This document shows positions 18,030 to 27,716 of a stretch of 64,000 bases of DNA, one piece after another. Origin of the DNA: Phascolarctobacterium sp. GTDB taxonomy: Bacteria; Bacillota; Negativicutes; Acidaminococcales; Acidaminococcaceae. The translations under genes were made by a program, and so were the position numbers. The notes below the pieces were generated by a model, which did no database searches, was not told the DNA's origin, and saw only the letters and a list, made by a program, of their open reading frames with translations. Within the stretch, counting starts at the first letter, position 1. Each line of letters starts with the position of its first letter. The DNA is taken from contig JAXEPX010000009.1 of the NCBI GenBank assembly GCA_034117325.1, forward strand, positions 3,208 to 67,207. The letters are read 5' to 3'.

Positions 18030-19586
18030 ATGCGAGAATCATTATATAATTATATCAAAAATCATATATATGACGACGGTGTGTTTACCGAGCCCGCGCT
18101 CCCTGATTTAGACGAGGCGTACAGCGTCATTCAGCTGGGGCAGAGTGACGCCTTTTTCTACACAGCCGACATGCCCAGTGATGTGGAGGATGCGAGCGCC
18201 ATTGTGACAGCCTTGCGCGAGTATCTCGCGGAGCCTGTGCAGGAAAAAAGGCAGAGCCTCTACCGCCTGTTGAAAAATAAGACGCTAGCCGAATACTGCG
18301 ATCCCTTTATCTCCACCTTCGATAGTGACGATATGAACGAGGTGGCCTTGGATTTGGCACGGCGCTTTTTATACAATGCCCGCCACCGCGAGCCCTTGAA
18401 GTTTGCGCTGCTCCTCTTTGGACTGTACGGTATGGAGCGCATCGAGCGCGAGGAGCCGGAGCTGTGGCAGGATTTGCTGCTGGTGGCGCACTGTGAGGAG
18501 TTTACCTTTGCCTTCCTCTATGCCTGCCGTAGCGGTAATTATATTTGCCAAAAGGCTGTCTGGGAGCTCCTAGGCTGCACGAAAGGCTGGGGCAAGGTCT
18601 TTTGCATTATCGATTGTCAATGTCCCGATGATGAGCACCGGCTGTGGCTCTTGAAAAATGGCCCCGATATCGAGGTTGAGTATCCGCCGCTAGCAGTGAA
18701 GCTCATTACTGCTACGCATTTGGGAGCTTTTCTAGAGCGTCCTGTGCTAGATTACGAGTGCTACAAGAATACCATTGCCATTGTGGGCAATTATATGCAG
18801 CTTCTTCTGCATTATCAGCCTGCGGCAGTGCGCGAAAATTATAATTTAGCAGATATTGATTTATATAAGCTGCTCAAGGCTATCCTGCACCATGCCCTGT
18901 ACTTATGCGTGGAGCCCGAGGATATGCTGGATATGCTGACGCTTGCTACGCTGCTGCGCCAGCTGCAGGAGGAGGGAGCATATTATTCCCTGTCCCCCAA
19001 TCAAATTCATGAGCTCATTGCGAGCTGCGATAGGCTGGTCTATAGCACTAATTGGGAGCCGCTGATCAAGGAGCGGGTAATTGACGAGGGTCAGATTAAT
19101 TATCGCCTGGCGGATTTTGCCTATGAGCTGGAGCTTGATATTTGGCCCATGCTGTACGATTTCTGGCTGGAGCACCCCGAGGAGTATACGCTGCTGCCGT
19201 ATTTATTGGCCTATGAGGGGGAGCGACGCTCCGTACTAGTGCTAGAGCAGCTGACGCTGAGGCTGAATTTATATCGTGCGGATATGCACTCCTTAATTGT
19301 ACCCCTGCATTATTTACGTAATAATCCAGGTAAGGGTGAGGCTATTGTGTGCGCGGCGCTGGAGTCGATTTTTGAGCTGGTGCGCAGCTGCGCCTGTGAT
19401 GTGCTGGAGGCCTGGGATAGGGAGTATTTTAGTCCGGCGATTATGGAGAGTATTGTCAAGGGCATGCATATGTGTACGGACGAGCTCTTGACTTTGCGCT
19501 TGAGGGCTTTGTATGTGAACGAGCGCTTTGATATGGAGGGCTTTATCCAGAAGCTGAAAAAGCAGCAGCGCGAGGATAGTAAATAA
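18030..19586 (+). CDS. Hypothetical, probably alpha-helical protein (518 aa)
   Basis: Long ORF with RBS AAGGAG; motifs HCEEFTFAF, TKGWGKV, WLLKNG; no function recognised. Confidence 0.75.
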   Translation: MRESLYNYIKNHIYDDGVFTEPALPDLDEAYSVIQLGQSDAFFYTADMPSDVEDASAIVTALREYLAEPVQEKRQSLYRLLKNKTLAEYCDPFISTFDSDDMNEVALDLARRFLYNARHREPLKFALLLFGLYGMERIEREEPELWQDLLLVAHCEEFTFAFLYACRSGNYICQKAVWELLGCTKGWGKVFCIIDCQCPDDEHRLWLLKNGPDIEVEYPPLAVKLITATHLGAFLERPVLDYECYKNTIAIVGNYMQLLLHYQPAAVRENYNLADIDLYKLLKAILHHALYLCVEPEDMLDMLTLATLLRQLQEEGAYYSLSPNQIHELIASCDRLVYSTNWEPLIKERVIDEGQINYRLADFAYELELDIWPMLYDFWLEHPEEYTLLPYLLAYEGERRSVLVLEQLTLRLNLYRADMHSLIVPLHYLRNNPGKGEAIVCAALESIFELVRSCACDVLEAWDREYFSPAIMESIVKGMHMCTDELLTLRLRALYVNERFDMEGFIQKLKKQQREDSK

Positions 19587-19674
19587 AGCGTTAGTAGAGC
19601 TAATTAGTATAAATAGAGATTTGAGCGTAAGCCCAAAATAGACGTATTTATATGGATAATTTGGGAGGATAAGA

Positions 19675-20928
19675 ATGAAAAATTGGAAAATAGTGCTGGG
19701 TATTCTCACAGCGAATGTGGTAATGATGGCAGCGGGCTACACGATGCTCATTCCCTTTTTGCCCATGTATCTGATAAAAGAGCTGGGTGTGAGCATGGAA
19801 GCGGTCAAGCTGTGGAATGGAGCCATTTTTTCCATTACCTTTTTAATCGGCGGCATTATGGCGCCCATCTGGGGCAAGCTGGCCGATACGAAGGGCAAGA
19901 AGATGATGGCCATGCGTGCGGGCGCAGGCTTAGCGCTATCCTATTACTTGGGTGGCGTGGTTACGTCTCCGGAGCAGATGTTCTGCGTGCGGGTGCTGCA
20001 GGGCTTTGCAGCGGGTCTATGGAGTGTGTGCCTGGCCATTGCGACGAGCCTGGTACCTCTGGAGAAGCTGGGCGTGAGCCTGGGCGTTTTGCAGGCGGGT
20101 TTGACCTGTGGTAATGTTATCGGGCCCTTGCTGGGTGGCTCGCTGGCGACGCTATTTGGCATGCGCATGAGCTTTTTTGTGGCAGGTAGTCTGCTTACGC
20201 TGATTACGATTATCTTTTACTTCTATATCCCTGAGCCTAATCAGCTGCAGCAGGGCGAGGAGCAAAATGAGCAAAATGAGCAAAATGAGCAGGCTGGAGC
20301 TCGCAGGCAGTCGCTCTTGACTGAGGCTGCGCCTGAGACGGAGGGGCCGCTGTGGAAGCAGCCCTTGATTCGCGAGGCGTTACTGTATGTGGCGATTGCG
20401 CAGATGGTAATTCTCTTGATTCAGCCGATTTTGACGCTGTATGTGGGTGAATTGACCCAGGGCGAGGGCAATTTGCTGTTTTTGTCAGGCATGGTGTTTA
20501 GCCTGGTGGGTATCGCCAGCGCACTGACAGCACCGAGCTGGGGGCGATTTGGCCAGAAGCATGGCTTTTATAGCAGTCTTTGCTTTGCTAGCCTGAGTGC
20601 GGGCCTGATGAACTTTTTTGTAGCGCTGCCGAATACCCTGTTATATTTTGGCGTGGCTAATTTTGTCTATGGCTTGTGTACGGCGGGTATTCAGCCATCG
20701 TTGAGTGCGATTTTGGCTAGTAATACTAATGCTAATCAGCGAGGACGCGTTTTTGGCTTCATGTTTAGTGCGCAGCAGTTTGGCTCCATGGTGGGGCCGC
20801 TGGTAGGCGGTGCGATTGCTACCTTTTTCCCTTTGCGTGCGCTATTTATTGTGGCTGCGTTTATCCTTTTGGGTATCAGCGTGGCGGTGTGGAGAAAGCA
20901 TTTGGGAGCGAAAAGTAGGCTGGCATGA
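19675..20928 (+). CDS. MFS transporter, DHA1/MdtG-like
   Basis: About 12 TM segments; WGKLADTKGKK motif A; RVLQGFAAG; GNVIGPLLGG motif C. Confidence 0.9.
   Translation: MKNWKIVLGILTANVVMMAAGYTMLIPFLPMYLIKELGVSMEAVKLWNGAIFSITFLIGGIMAPIWGKLADTKGKKMMAMRAGAGLALSYYLGGVVTSPEQMFCVRVLQGFAAGLWSVCLAIATSLVPLEKLGVSLGVLQAGLTCGNVIGPLLGGSLATLFGMRMSFFVAGSLLTLITIIFYFYIPEPNQLQQGEEQNEQNEQNEQAGARRQSLLTEAAPETEGPLWKQPLIREALLYVAIAQMVILLIQPILTLYVGELTQGEGNLLFLSGMVFSLVGIASALTAPSWGRFGQKHGFYSSLCFASLSAGLMNFFVALPNTLLYFGVANFVYGLCTAGIQPSLSAILASNTNANQRGRVFGFMFSAQQFGSMVGPLVGGAIATFFPLRALFIVAAFILLGISVAVWRKHLGAKSRLA
20260..20291 (+). repeat. In-frame 9-bp tandem repeat (GAGCAAAAT x3.5) encoding EQN
   Basis: Read directly in the central loop of the MFS gene. 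Confidence 0.9.
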
Positions 20929-20973
20929 AGGAATTTTTTAGCTAAGACAAAGAAAATTAAACAATTTAGACGA

Positions 20974-21016
20974 GTCTCGTAGGGTGCTTGAGAGAGTGCC
21001 CTGCGAGACCTTTTTT
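20974..21016 (+). terminator. Terminator after the MFS gene
   Basis: GTCTCGTAGGGTGC...GTGCCCTGCGAGAC plus T6. Confidence 0.75.
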
Positions 21017-21123
21017 ATTATCAAGACACAAATATGTCACAAAAAACTCACACGGAAGTTTCAATTGTGACAAAAATTTTTAATGATGGTAACGAGCGCA
21101 GCTTTTATGATTAGGAGCAGGAG

Positions 21124-22167
21124 GTGATAAAAATTCTGCACAGAGTTAAGGCTACGACTAAGGACAGAATTGTCTTTTTGCGTCAATTGGCACTCATTTT
21201 GCGGAGCGGCCTGCCAATCCTAGAAGCAATGGAGCTGCTGCGCATGCAGCTGAGGGGACGCATGGCTCTTTCCTGCTACCATGTACAAAGGCTGCTGCAG
21301 CACGGAAGCTCCCTGGCTGAAGCGATGAGCAAGGAGACTATGCTCTTTACGCCCTTGATGGTACAGTTAGTTAGTGCCGGTGAACTGAGTGGTCAGCTTA
21401 GCCCCGTGCTGGAGGAATTGGCGAAGTATTATGAGCAACAAGATAAGCTGCGTGATTATCTGCTGAAGTCCGCTTTATACCCACTTTTTTTATTAGCTGC
21501 GGCGCTAGCTGTGCTTATCTTTTTCTTTCTCTATATTTTGCCCATTCTAGCAGGGGTGTATGCCAATATGCATCTGCGCCCCTCCGGCATCATGCTGACA
21601 CTGCTTAATTTTCAGGCCTGGCTGAGTACGCATGTGGCGTTAGTAGGTGCTTTGCTAGCAGGCTTAGTATTAGCAGCTCGTTTTTATGGACGCAGATTCT
21701 GCCTTTGGTTGCTTAACAAGCATTGGTGTGGAAATTTTTATAGCTCAATTTATGAAATTCGCTTCTGTAAGCTACTAGCTTTGCTTTTGGATAGCGGATT
21801 AAGTATTACTTCGGCAATGCAAAGCATAGCTGCCAGTATGACTGGTAGCAGCTATGAGCGACAGCTATTGCTTCTCAAAAGCAGGCTGGAACGGGGCGTG
21901 GATATAGCAACTGCTTTGTCAGGTGTAAAGGGCTTGCTTTCGCCCTTAAGCTTAAGCCTCGTAGGTGTTGGCGTAGCGACAGGGTGTTTGCCGGAAATGC
22001 TGCGTGAGGCCGCCAGGCTGGGCGAGGATAATTTAGCAAGCAAGCTGATGCGCTTTAAGGAGCTCTTTACACCTCTTCTGCTACTAATGGTAGCAGGCAT
22101 TATCGCAGTTGTAGTCTGCAGCGTTTTGGGGCCGCTTATGGAAATGATAGCATTATTGCCGGAGTAA
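21124..22167 (+). CDS. Type II secretion/type IV pilus platform protein (ComGB/PilC, GspF family)
   Basis: FLRQLALILRSGLPILEA, AGELSGQL, LYPLFLL; two T2SSF repeats. Confidence 0.88.
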   Translation: MIKILHRVKATTKDRIVFLRQLALILRSGLPILEAMELLRMQLRGRMALSCYHVQRLLQHGSSLAEAMSKETMLFTPLMVQLVSAGELSGQLSPVLEELAKYYEQQDKLRDYLLKSALYPLFLLAAALAVLIFFFLYILPILAGVYANMHLRPSGIMLTLLNFQAWLSTHVALVGALLAGLVLAARFYGRRFCLWLLNKHWCGNFYSSIYEIRFCKLLALLLDSGLSITSAMQSIAASMTGSSYERQLLLLKSRLERGVDIATALSGVKGLLSPLSLSLVGVGVATGCLPEMLREAARLGEDNLASKLMRFKELFTPLLLLMVAGIIAVVVCSVLGPLMEMIALLPE

Positions 22168-22195
22168 AGGCTTCACTTAAAAAGGAGGAAAAATT

Positions 22196-22591
22196 ATGGT
22201 AGGTAAAATTAAGAGTCAAAAGGGTTTCACCTTAATTGAGGTAGTAGCTGCAGCGGCTTTGATAGGTATCTTAGCAACCATGCTCATGCCCTCGCTTTCA
22301 GGTGCTAATGACAGAGTTAAGAATGCCAAATTGAGCAATGATTTGGCGACGATTGATCAGGCAATTCAGCTCTACCGCATGGATACCGGCAAGGTGCCCA
22401 GCGATTTAACGAGCCTGGATAGCAGCTATCTGGGCGGCAAGCTGGAGTTTAAGGATGCTGCAGGGGACGAGCTTGTTTATACGGCTGATGGCAATGGCAG
22501 CGATTATAGCTTGACCGGTAAAAATTCCAGTGGTAGTGTTGTGAAGTCTCCTGCTAGCAAGGACAGTGTTCAAGCACCTTCTGAATCCTAA
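22196..22591 (+). CDS. Major pilin/pseudopilin (ComGC/GspG-like)
   Basis: Class III signal KGFTLIEVV; DLATIDQAIQLYRMDTGKVP. Confidence 0.88.
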   Translation: MVGKIKSQKGFTLIEVVAAAALIGILATMLMPSLSGANDRVKNAKLSNDLATIDQAIQLYRMDTGKVPSDLTSLDSSYLGGKLEFKDAAGDELVYTADGNGSDYSLTGKNSSGSVVKSPASKDSVQAPSES

Positions 22592-23069
22592 AGCTGCTCT
22601 TCGCTTACAGAGAGGAAGCATTTTAATTGAATTCCTCACTGTGATGGCGCTAGCGGCAATTTTTAGTGAATTTCTGCTGGTGCAAAGTAGTGCTTTTTGG
22701 CAGTATTATTATAAAAATCAAGTGCGGCTGGTAGCGCAGCTCCTAGCTGCTGATTTAAGAAGCCTACAGCAGGAAACGCTCTTTGAAGTAGGCACACCTC
22801 GGGATATAAAAACTAGCAGTCAAAATAAATCGGTTTATGGCATTTATTTAACTAGAACCGTCAAAAAGCGCGTTGCTTTTGATGACTATGGTTGTGGTGA
22901 TGTTTATTTCAAATATGGCGTTGACACCCTGCGCTTCAGCTATAATGGTGCACCTTCGCAGACAGTGAATAGCTCTTATTCATTAGGGCATGCGAAGCTG
23001 GCTAATTTTAGCTGTCGTGTTGAGGTGCAGCCTGTAACCGGGAGGGTGTTAGTCTATGAGGAAGAGTAG
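22566..23069 (+). CDS. Minor pilin-like protein (ComGD-like); start uncertain
   Basis: RGSILIEFL followed by a hydrophobic helix; C-terminal VQPVTGRV. Confidence 0.65.
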   Translation: MFKHLLNPKAALRLQRGSILIEFLTVMALAAIFSEFLLVQSSAFWQYYYKNQVRLVAQLLAADLRSLQQETLFEVGTPRDIKTSSQNKSVYGIYLTRTVKKRVAFDDYGCGDVYFKYGVDTLRFSYNGAPSQTVNSSYSLGHAKLANFSCRVEVQPVTGRVLVYEEE

Positions 23070-23358
23070 TGGCTTTATCCTCTTGAGTGAGCTGCTGTGC
23101 TTCGCGTTAAGTGCGTTGTTATTAGCGAGTACGCTGCAAAGCCTGACAGCCTGCTTCGAGGTGCAAAAGAAAATCCTCCTGCTTAGTGAGGCTCTGGATA
23201 GTGCTATGCAGGCTGCAAGTGGGCTGGAGGTGAAGCAGTATCTAGTTCAGCAAAGGCTGGAGGAGCAAAATGGTTACCTATTTAAGGAGGTTGCAGTCTA
23301 TGCGAGTGAAAATAGCAAGCTTATCTGCACCTTGCTTGAGGCACAGCCGACGGAATAG
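23056..23358 (+). CDS. Minor pilin-like protein (ComGE-like)
   Basis: SGFILLSELL plus hydrophobic helix; overlapping gene junctions. Confidence 0.55.
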   Translation: MRKSSGFILLSELLCFALSALLLASTLQSLTACFEVQKKILLLSEALDSAMQAASGLEVKQYLVQQRLEEQNGYLFKEVAVYASENSKLICTLLEAQPTE

Positions 23359-23827
23359 GGGCTATTTTTTAATAGAATTGCTGTTTGCAGTGGTATTTGC
23401 TGCAAGCCTGGCCGCTGTGCTCTGTACGGGCGTGGGCAGCTTCACAAGTAGCTATCAGTATCTGAATGAGCAGCTGCGTATGCAGCAGGCGGGGCAATAT
23501 ATGCAGGTACTGCTAGCGAAGCATTTAGCCTATAATGCGACGGAAATCACAATTACGAGCCAGCAAGAGGTGAACTTTAAGACTATTTGGGGAAATAAAA
23601 GCTCTAAAATATATGCCAATAAGCAGGGTCTGTATATTAGTACGAAAACAGGCACAGGAACAGGGAGTAATCCGCTTTTTATACCCAGCTGGGCAGTGGA
23701 AAATTGGCAGGTGTCCAAGGTAGCTGCGAATAGACTATACATCAGCTTTGAGCTTACCGGAGTGCGTAGCAGGAGACATTTTGCACAATTACTGCTTTGT
23801 CAAAATGGAGAGATTAGGGATGAATAG
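23270..23827 (+). CDS. Minor pilin-like protein (ComGF-like); true start probably ~23330
   Basis: RGYFLIELLF class III-like signal. Confidence 0.6.
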   Translation: MVTYLRRLQSMRVKIASLSAPCLRHSRRNRGYFLIELLFAVVFAASLAAVLCTGVGSFTSSYQYLNEQLRMQQAGQYMQVLLAKHLAYNATEITITSQQEVNFKTIWGNKSSKIYANKQGLYISTKTGTGTGSNPLFIPSWAVENWQVSKVAANRLYISFELTGVRSRRHFAQLLLCQNGEIRDE

Positions 23828-24755
23828 CATGCAGAAATTTCTTACCTGGAGGCAGGGAAGCAGAGGCAGCGTGAGCATATTTTTGTTAATAGCTGCGCTG
23901 ATTATGGCCCTGGTAGGGCAGCTGATGCTGCTCTGGTGCAGGGAGGAGCTAGTGCGAACTCGTGCTTATCTTTTCCAGCAACAGCTGCGTTATCTAAACG
24001 GCTCCTGTTATAGCATGCTTAAAGACATGGATGTGGAGGATGGCAGTAAAACAATCTATAGGGGTGTTCTGCAGCCTGGCAATGCAGAGGTAGAGGTGGT
24101 AGTAAAAAAGACAACTAGCAGTGATGGACTGCTGCATTTTCTAGAGGTAACTAGTACAAGCGCCAATCAGGATGGCGCATTACAGCGCTTGTGCAGGTTA
24201 AAGCTGGATTTTGCAGCTGCTCAAAAAAATCTGGGCGGAAGTATGGCCTTAGCTAGCAAAAAGGTAACGGGCTTGGAAAATATTTCCCAGGAGGCAGTAT
24301 ATACACAAGCAAGCGATGAAGAAGTAAAGCTTCCTGAACTACAGTTTTTTTACCTGAAGGCAGTTAATAGCATTACTACGACCGATGCTGTTAGTGAGGG
24401 CTTATCGCGCAGGTTTATTTATTTAGATGCAAATAATACCTTTCAGTTTAAAGCCAATAGTGTCATTGGTGGGGCTAGTGCTTTTGCCAATAAGGGCAGT
24501 ATTGAAATCGGTAATGGTGCCCACTTTCCGGATCGCCTGGCTTTATATAGCAGAAATGGCAATATTACAATTGGCGATAATGTAAAGCTGGATAAAGCAC
24601 TGGTGCATGCCTATGGCACAGTAACTATTGGTACGGGGTGTAAAATAAATGGACTTGTGCTGGCAAACAATATTGTCTTGAAAGGGGATTCTCGCTTTAT
24701 GGCAGATGCGGATGTGGTAGCGCCGTTTGCTTCTGTCGCATATATTAATCAATAA
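23820..24755 (+). CDS. ComGG/PilX-like protein with repetitive beta-rich C-terminus
   Basis: RGSVSIFLL signal lacking E5; C-terminal I-x-I-G repeats. Confidence 0.6.
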   Translation: MNSMQKFLTWRQGSRGSVSIFLLIAALIMALVGQLMLLWCREELVRTRAYLFQQQLRYLNGSCYSMLKDMDVEDGSKTIYRGVLQPGNAEVEVVVKKTTSSDGLLHFLEVTSTSANQDGALQRLCRLKLDFAAAQKNLGGSMALASKKVTGLENISQEAVYTQASDEEVKLPELQFFYLKAVNSITTTDAVSEGLSRRFIYLDANNTFQFKANSVIGGASAFANKGSIEIGNGAHFPDRLALYSRNGNITIGDNVKLDKALVHAYGTVTIGTGCKINGLVLANNIVLKGDSRFMADADVVAPFASVAYINQ

Positions 24756-24880
24756 TTGCATAACCTACAAAAGCAAGACAAACAACAAAAAAAGCATGCT
24801 GGAGACTGGCAGAGGTCAGCCTTGAGCATGCTTTTTATATATTCTTGTTGCGAGCCTTGTCTAGTAGTCCGGATGGGAAT

Positions 24881-25573
24881 TTATCCCTCCAGCTCCTTCA
24901 CATATACCCAGGTCTCCTGCTCTCCGAGCGCAGGCAGCACTCGGTTGACAAAATGCCCCGCCGCGCGGTAGCCACGGCGCAGGTAATAGTCATAATCACA
25001 GGTTGCATCCGCCCAGAGGTAGAGCTGTGTGAGGCCGTGCGCCCGCGCCACCTCCTCAATATTGCGCAGGAGGGTACTCCCCACCCCGGCCTTGCGGCTC
25101 AGGAAAAGGTAGAGTACGAGAGCTAGGGCACCATGGCACTCCGCTAGCTTACGCACCTGCTGACCATTGTAGGACAGGTAGCGCAGATAGTTATAGACAA
25201 GGTCCTGTTCCTCGGAAGCAAAAGGCTTTAAGGCTGCCTTTAGCCAGGACTGCGAGCTGTCGCGTGCTGCAAGCGGTGCTGCGAGGAGAAAGCCCTGCAT
25301 AGTAGCTGCTTCAGAAAGGCTCTCACTCGTGTGAGCGTTAGTTGCTTCTTCTTGTTTATTCGTCGGTAAAGCTCCCTCGCTTAGCTTGAAGGAGAAGCTC
25401 GAGCTGCGCAAATAATAGCGTACTAGAGCCTCGTAGAGCACGTGCTTCAGTGCCTCATGCGTCAGCGCCATCTCGTCGCCCCAGGTGAGCTCCGTGAGGT
25501 AGGCTGCTTCGGAAATATCGTCAGCAGTAAAATTGGAGATAAAGGTAGTTTTGGTGTTCGTTGCGTTAGTCAT
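24881..25573 (-). CDS. GNAT-family N-acetyltransferase
   Basis: RKAGVGSTLL acetyl-CoA motif; YYLRRGY. Confidence 0.75.
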   Translation of the reverse strand: MTNATNTKTTFISNFTADDISEAAYLTELTWGDEMALTHEALKHVLYEALVRYYLRSSSFSFKLSEGALPTNKQEEATNAHTSESLSEAATMQGFLLAAPLAARDSSQSWLKAALKPFASEEQDLVYNYLRYLSYNGQQVRKLAECHGALALVLYLFLSRKAGVGSTLLRNIEEVARAHGLTQLYLWADATCDYDYYLRRGYRAAGHFVNRVLPALGEQETWVYVKELEG

Positions 25574-25631
25574 GGGGTATCCTTTGATAAATGGGTTGTT
25601 TATAAGTTTACGTACGTGGAGGGTGATTGCT

Positions 25632-26513
25632 TCAAGCGCTTTGCTGCTTGTATGGCAAATTTAAAATTACGATGGAGCCGAAAATCAGCAGCATGCCTAA
25701 TGCCTTCGTCAGCGTCATGGGCTCGGCGAAAAAGAGCATGCCCACACCCGCTGCTACGAAGGGCTCAATCGTCGCGAGGATGGAGGCCTGCCCTGGCTCC
25801 ACCTGCTCCAGCCCCAGGGTATAGAGCAGATAAGGAATAACGGCGCAGATGAGGCCCAGACCGAGCGCACCGCCGATGGTAGCGAGGTTAAGCTGCGCTA
25901 GGCTAGCAGCGTCAAAGCCTGCCATGGGCACAGCTGCCAGCAAGGCAATATAAAAGGTATAGGCGGTAATCGTGAGCGAGCTGTATTTTTGCACTGCATA
26001 TTTACCAAAAATGCTGTACAAAGCGTAGCCCAGACCACTACCGAGACCGTAGAGCAGACCACTAAAGGTGAGGCTCAGACCGCCGTCGAGAGCGCCCGTG
26101 ACGCAGGCACAGCCACCGAAGGTACACACGAGGGCGATGCCTTTCTTCACTGTGAAGTGCTCGCCGAAGAGCACGAGGCTCATCAGCATGACGAAAATGG
26201 GCGCCGTGTAAAGCAGAAGCGCCGCTACGGCGAGGCTGGAAGCCTGAATGCAATTGAAATAGCAAAAATTAAAAAAGACGAGACTGCAAATGCCCGTGCC
26301 GACAAACATCCAGAGGTCGCGCAGGGCAATTTTTAATTTTTCGATGCCTTGCCAGAGCAGTACGAGGGTAATGCAGCTGGCAGAGGCAATGGCCCTGAGG
26401 GCCACAATCTGCATGGAGCTGAAGCCCTGGGCTGCAATGCTTTTGACGAAAATGCCGATCAGGCCCCAGAGGACAGCGGCAGCGATAATGTAAAGGTAGG
26501 AGCGTGTTTTCAT
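25632..26513 (-). CDS. EamA/DMT-family transporter
   Basis: Ten TM segments in two EamA repeats; LLYTAPIFV, ASILATIEP. Confidence 0.9.
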   Translation of the reverse strand: MKTRSYLYIIAAAVLWGLIGIFVKSIAAQGFSSMQIVALRAIASASCITLVLLWQGIEKLKIALRDLWMFVGTGICSLVFFNFCYFNCIQASSLAVAALLLYTAPIFVMLMSLVLFGEHFTVKKGIALVCTFGGCACVTGALDGGLSLTFSGLLYGLGSGLGYALYSIFGKYAVQKYSSLTITAYTFYIALLAAVPMAGFDAASLAQLNLATIGGALGLGLICAVIPYLLYTLGLEQVEPGQASILATIEPFVAAGVGMLFFAEPMTLTKALGMLLIFGSIVILNLPYKQQSA

Positions 26514-27388
26514 GACTGTGCCTCGCTGTTGCTTTCGTTAGTGTGCTCCTGCGTCGGGGCTGCGGGTTGAGCATCAGTCTGAGTGTGGCGCTCTTTTTTG
26601 CGTCCCCAGAAGGCGCGGAACTTCGCAACCATGGTCTTGTCATTGTCCTTGAGCTTCGCGGGCCACAGCTCCTGCGTCTCGCTGCAGCGCATGGCTGCGG
26701 CGAGATGGTCGTAGACCTCGGGATAACGCTCGTTAAGCTCCGCAATATGCTCCTTGATATCCTGGCGCATGGTGTGACCATCGTAGGGGCAGGGGTTTTT
26801 AATTGGCTTAAGATCAAGCTTCGCTACCAGCTCGCGGATTTCGGACTCGCGGTAGTAGAGCAGGGGGCGTAGTACGGTGATGCCGCTACGGGAAAGCGGT
26901 GTTACGGGGAGAAAGGTGCGCAGCTGGCCGCTGGTCATGAGGTTCATGAAGAAGGTTTCCACGGCGTCGTCATTGTGGTGGGCGAGGGCCACCTTGTTAA
27001 AGCCCAGCTCCACGGCACGACGGTTCATGGCTGCGCGGCGAAAATAGGCGCAGGTAAAGCAGGGGCTGCCGCCCTTTTTGGCATGGGCCGCCATTACGTC
27101 CACATCATCGCTGTAATGTGTTAGTCCGTAGTGGGCGCAGAAGGCCTCGAGCTGCTGCTTGGGGAAATTGTTGGCGAACATGCCGTTCATGGTGTAGCAG
27201 GCGAGGTCGAAGGGGATGGGGGAGAATTTTTTGATTTCGGCTAGCATGGCAGTCAAGAGCATGCTGTCTTTGCCGCCGCTGAGGCCGATGAGAATGCGGT
27301 CCCCGGGGGCGAGCATATCGAATTCAATTAGTGCGCGCCACAGCTTACTGAGGTCGTCGGCGGGCACAAAGGGGATATTTTTAGGCAT
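26510..27388 (-). CDS. ttcA: tRNA 2-thiocytidine synthetase TtcA-family protein
   Basis: PP-loop SGGKDS, PCFTC, ALAHHNDD, LRPL, NPCPYDG. Confidence 0.85.
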   Translation of the reverse strand: MPKNIPFVPADDLSKLWRALIEFDMLAPGDRILIGLSGGKDSMLLTAMLAEIKKFSPIPFDLACYTMNGMFANNFPKQQLEAFCAHYGLTHYSDDVDVMAAHAKKGGSPCFTCAYFRRAAMNRRAVELGFNKVALAHHNDDAVETFFMNLMTSGQLRTFLPVTPLSRSGITVLRPLLYYRESEIRELVAKLDLKPIKNPCPYDGHTMRQDIKEHIAELNERYPEVYDHLAAAMRCSETQELWPAKLKDNDKTMVAKFRAFWGRKKERHTQTDAQPAAPTQEHTNESNSEAQS

Positions 27389-27533
27389 GGTGGGGCTCCT
27401 TGTAGATGGTAAAAATATGTTTCTTTTTTCGATTAACTATGCTATAATATTCGTGGTGCTACTGTAACGGTAGGTGGTTGCCCTCTGATAAGGAGGGCTG
27501 AGCAGCCCTCTAAAACGAAGGAGGGTGGTAGCT

Positions 27534-27623
27534 ATGAGCTTTTCTGAAGTAATAGATTTATTGAGACTATTAGTCGAAGTATCTTCTTTAGTAGTTTTGT
27601 TAGCGATAAATGCAAAAAAATAA
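27534..27623 (+). CDS. Type I toxin-like hydrophobic peptide, 29 aa MSFSEVIDLLRLLVEVSSLVVLLAINAKK (absent from ORF track)
   Basis: RBS AAGGAGGG; single TM helix with C-terminal KK; extended -10 TGCTATAAT at 27440-27448; 5'/3' UTR long-range pairing. Confidence 0.8.
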   Translation: MSFSEVIDLLRLLVEVSSLVVLLAINAKK

Positions 27624-27704
27624 CCGCCCAGCCTCAGAAACTAGCGGTTATTTTTTGTAACTTGTAAGTCATGAGGGCAACCGTCTATCGGTAGCACCTT
27701 TGCT
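27614..27704 (-). ncRNA. Cis-encoded antisense antitoxin RNA (~90 nt)
   Basis: Minus-strand promoter TTGCAG(27739-34)-17-TATAAT(27716-11); terminator AAAAAATAACCGC...GCGGTTATTTTTT at 27614-27656. Confidence 0.72.
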
Positions 27705-27716
27705 ATAATCATTATA

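Noticed and set aside
21001-21080. CRP/CRP-S site upstream of the pilin operon
   Set aside because: TGTGA and TCACA half-sites are not in the required order with 6-bp spacing.
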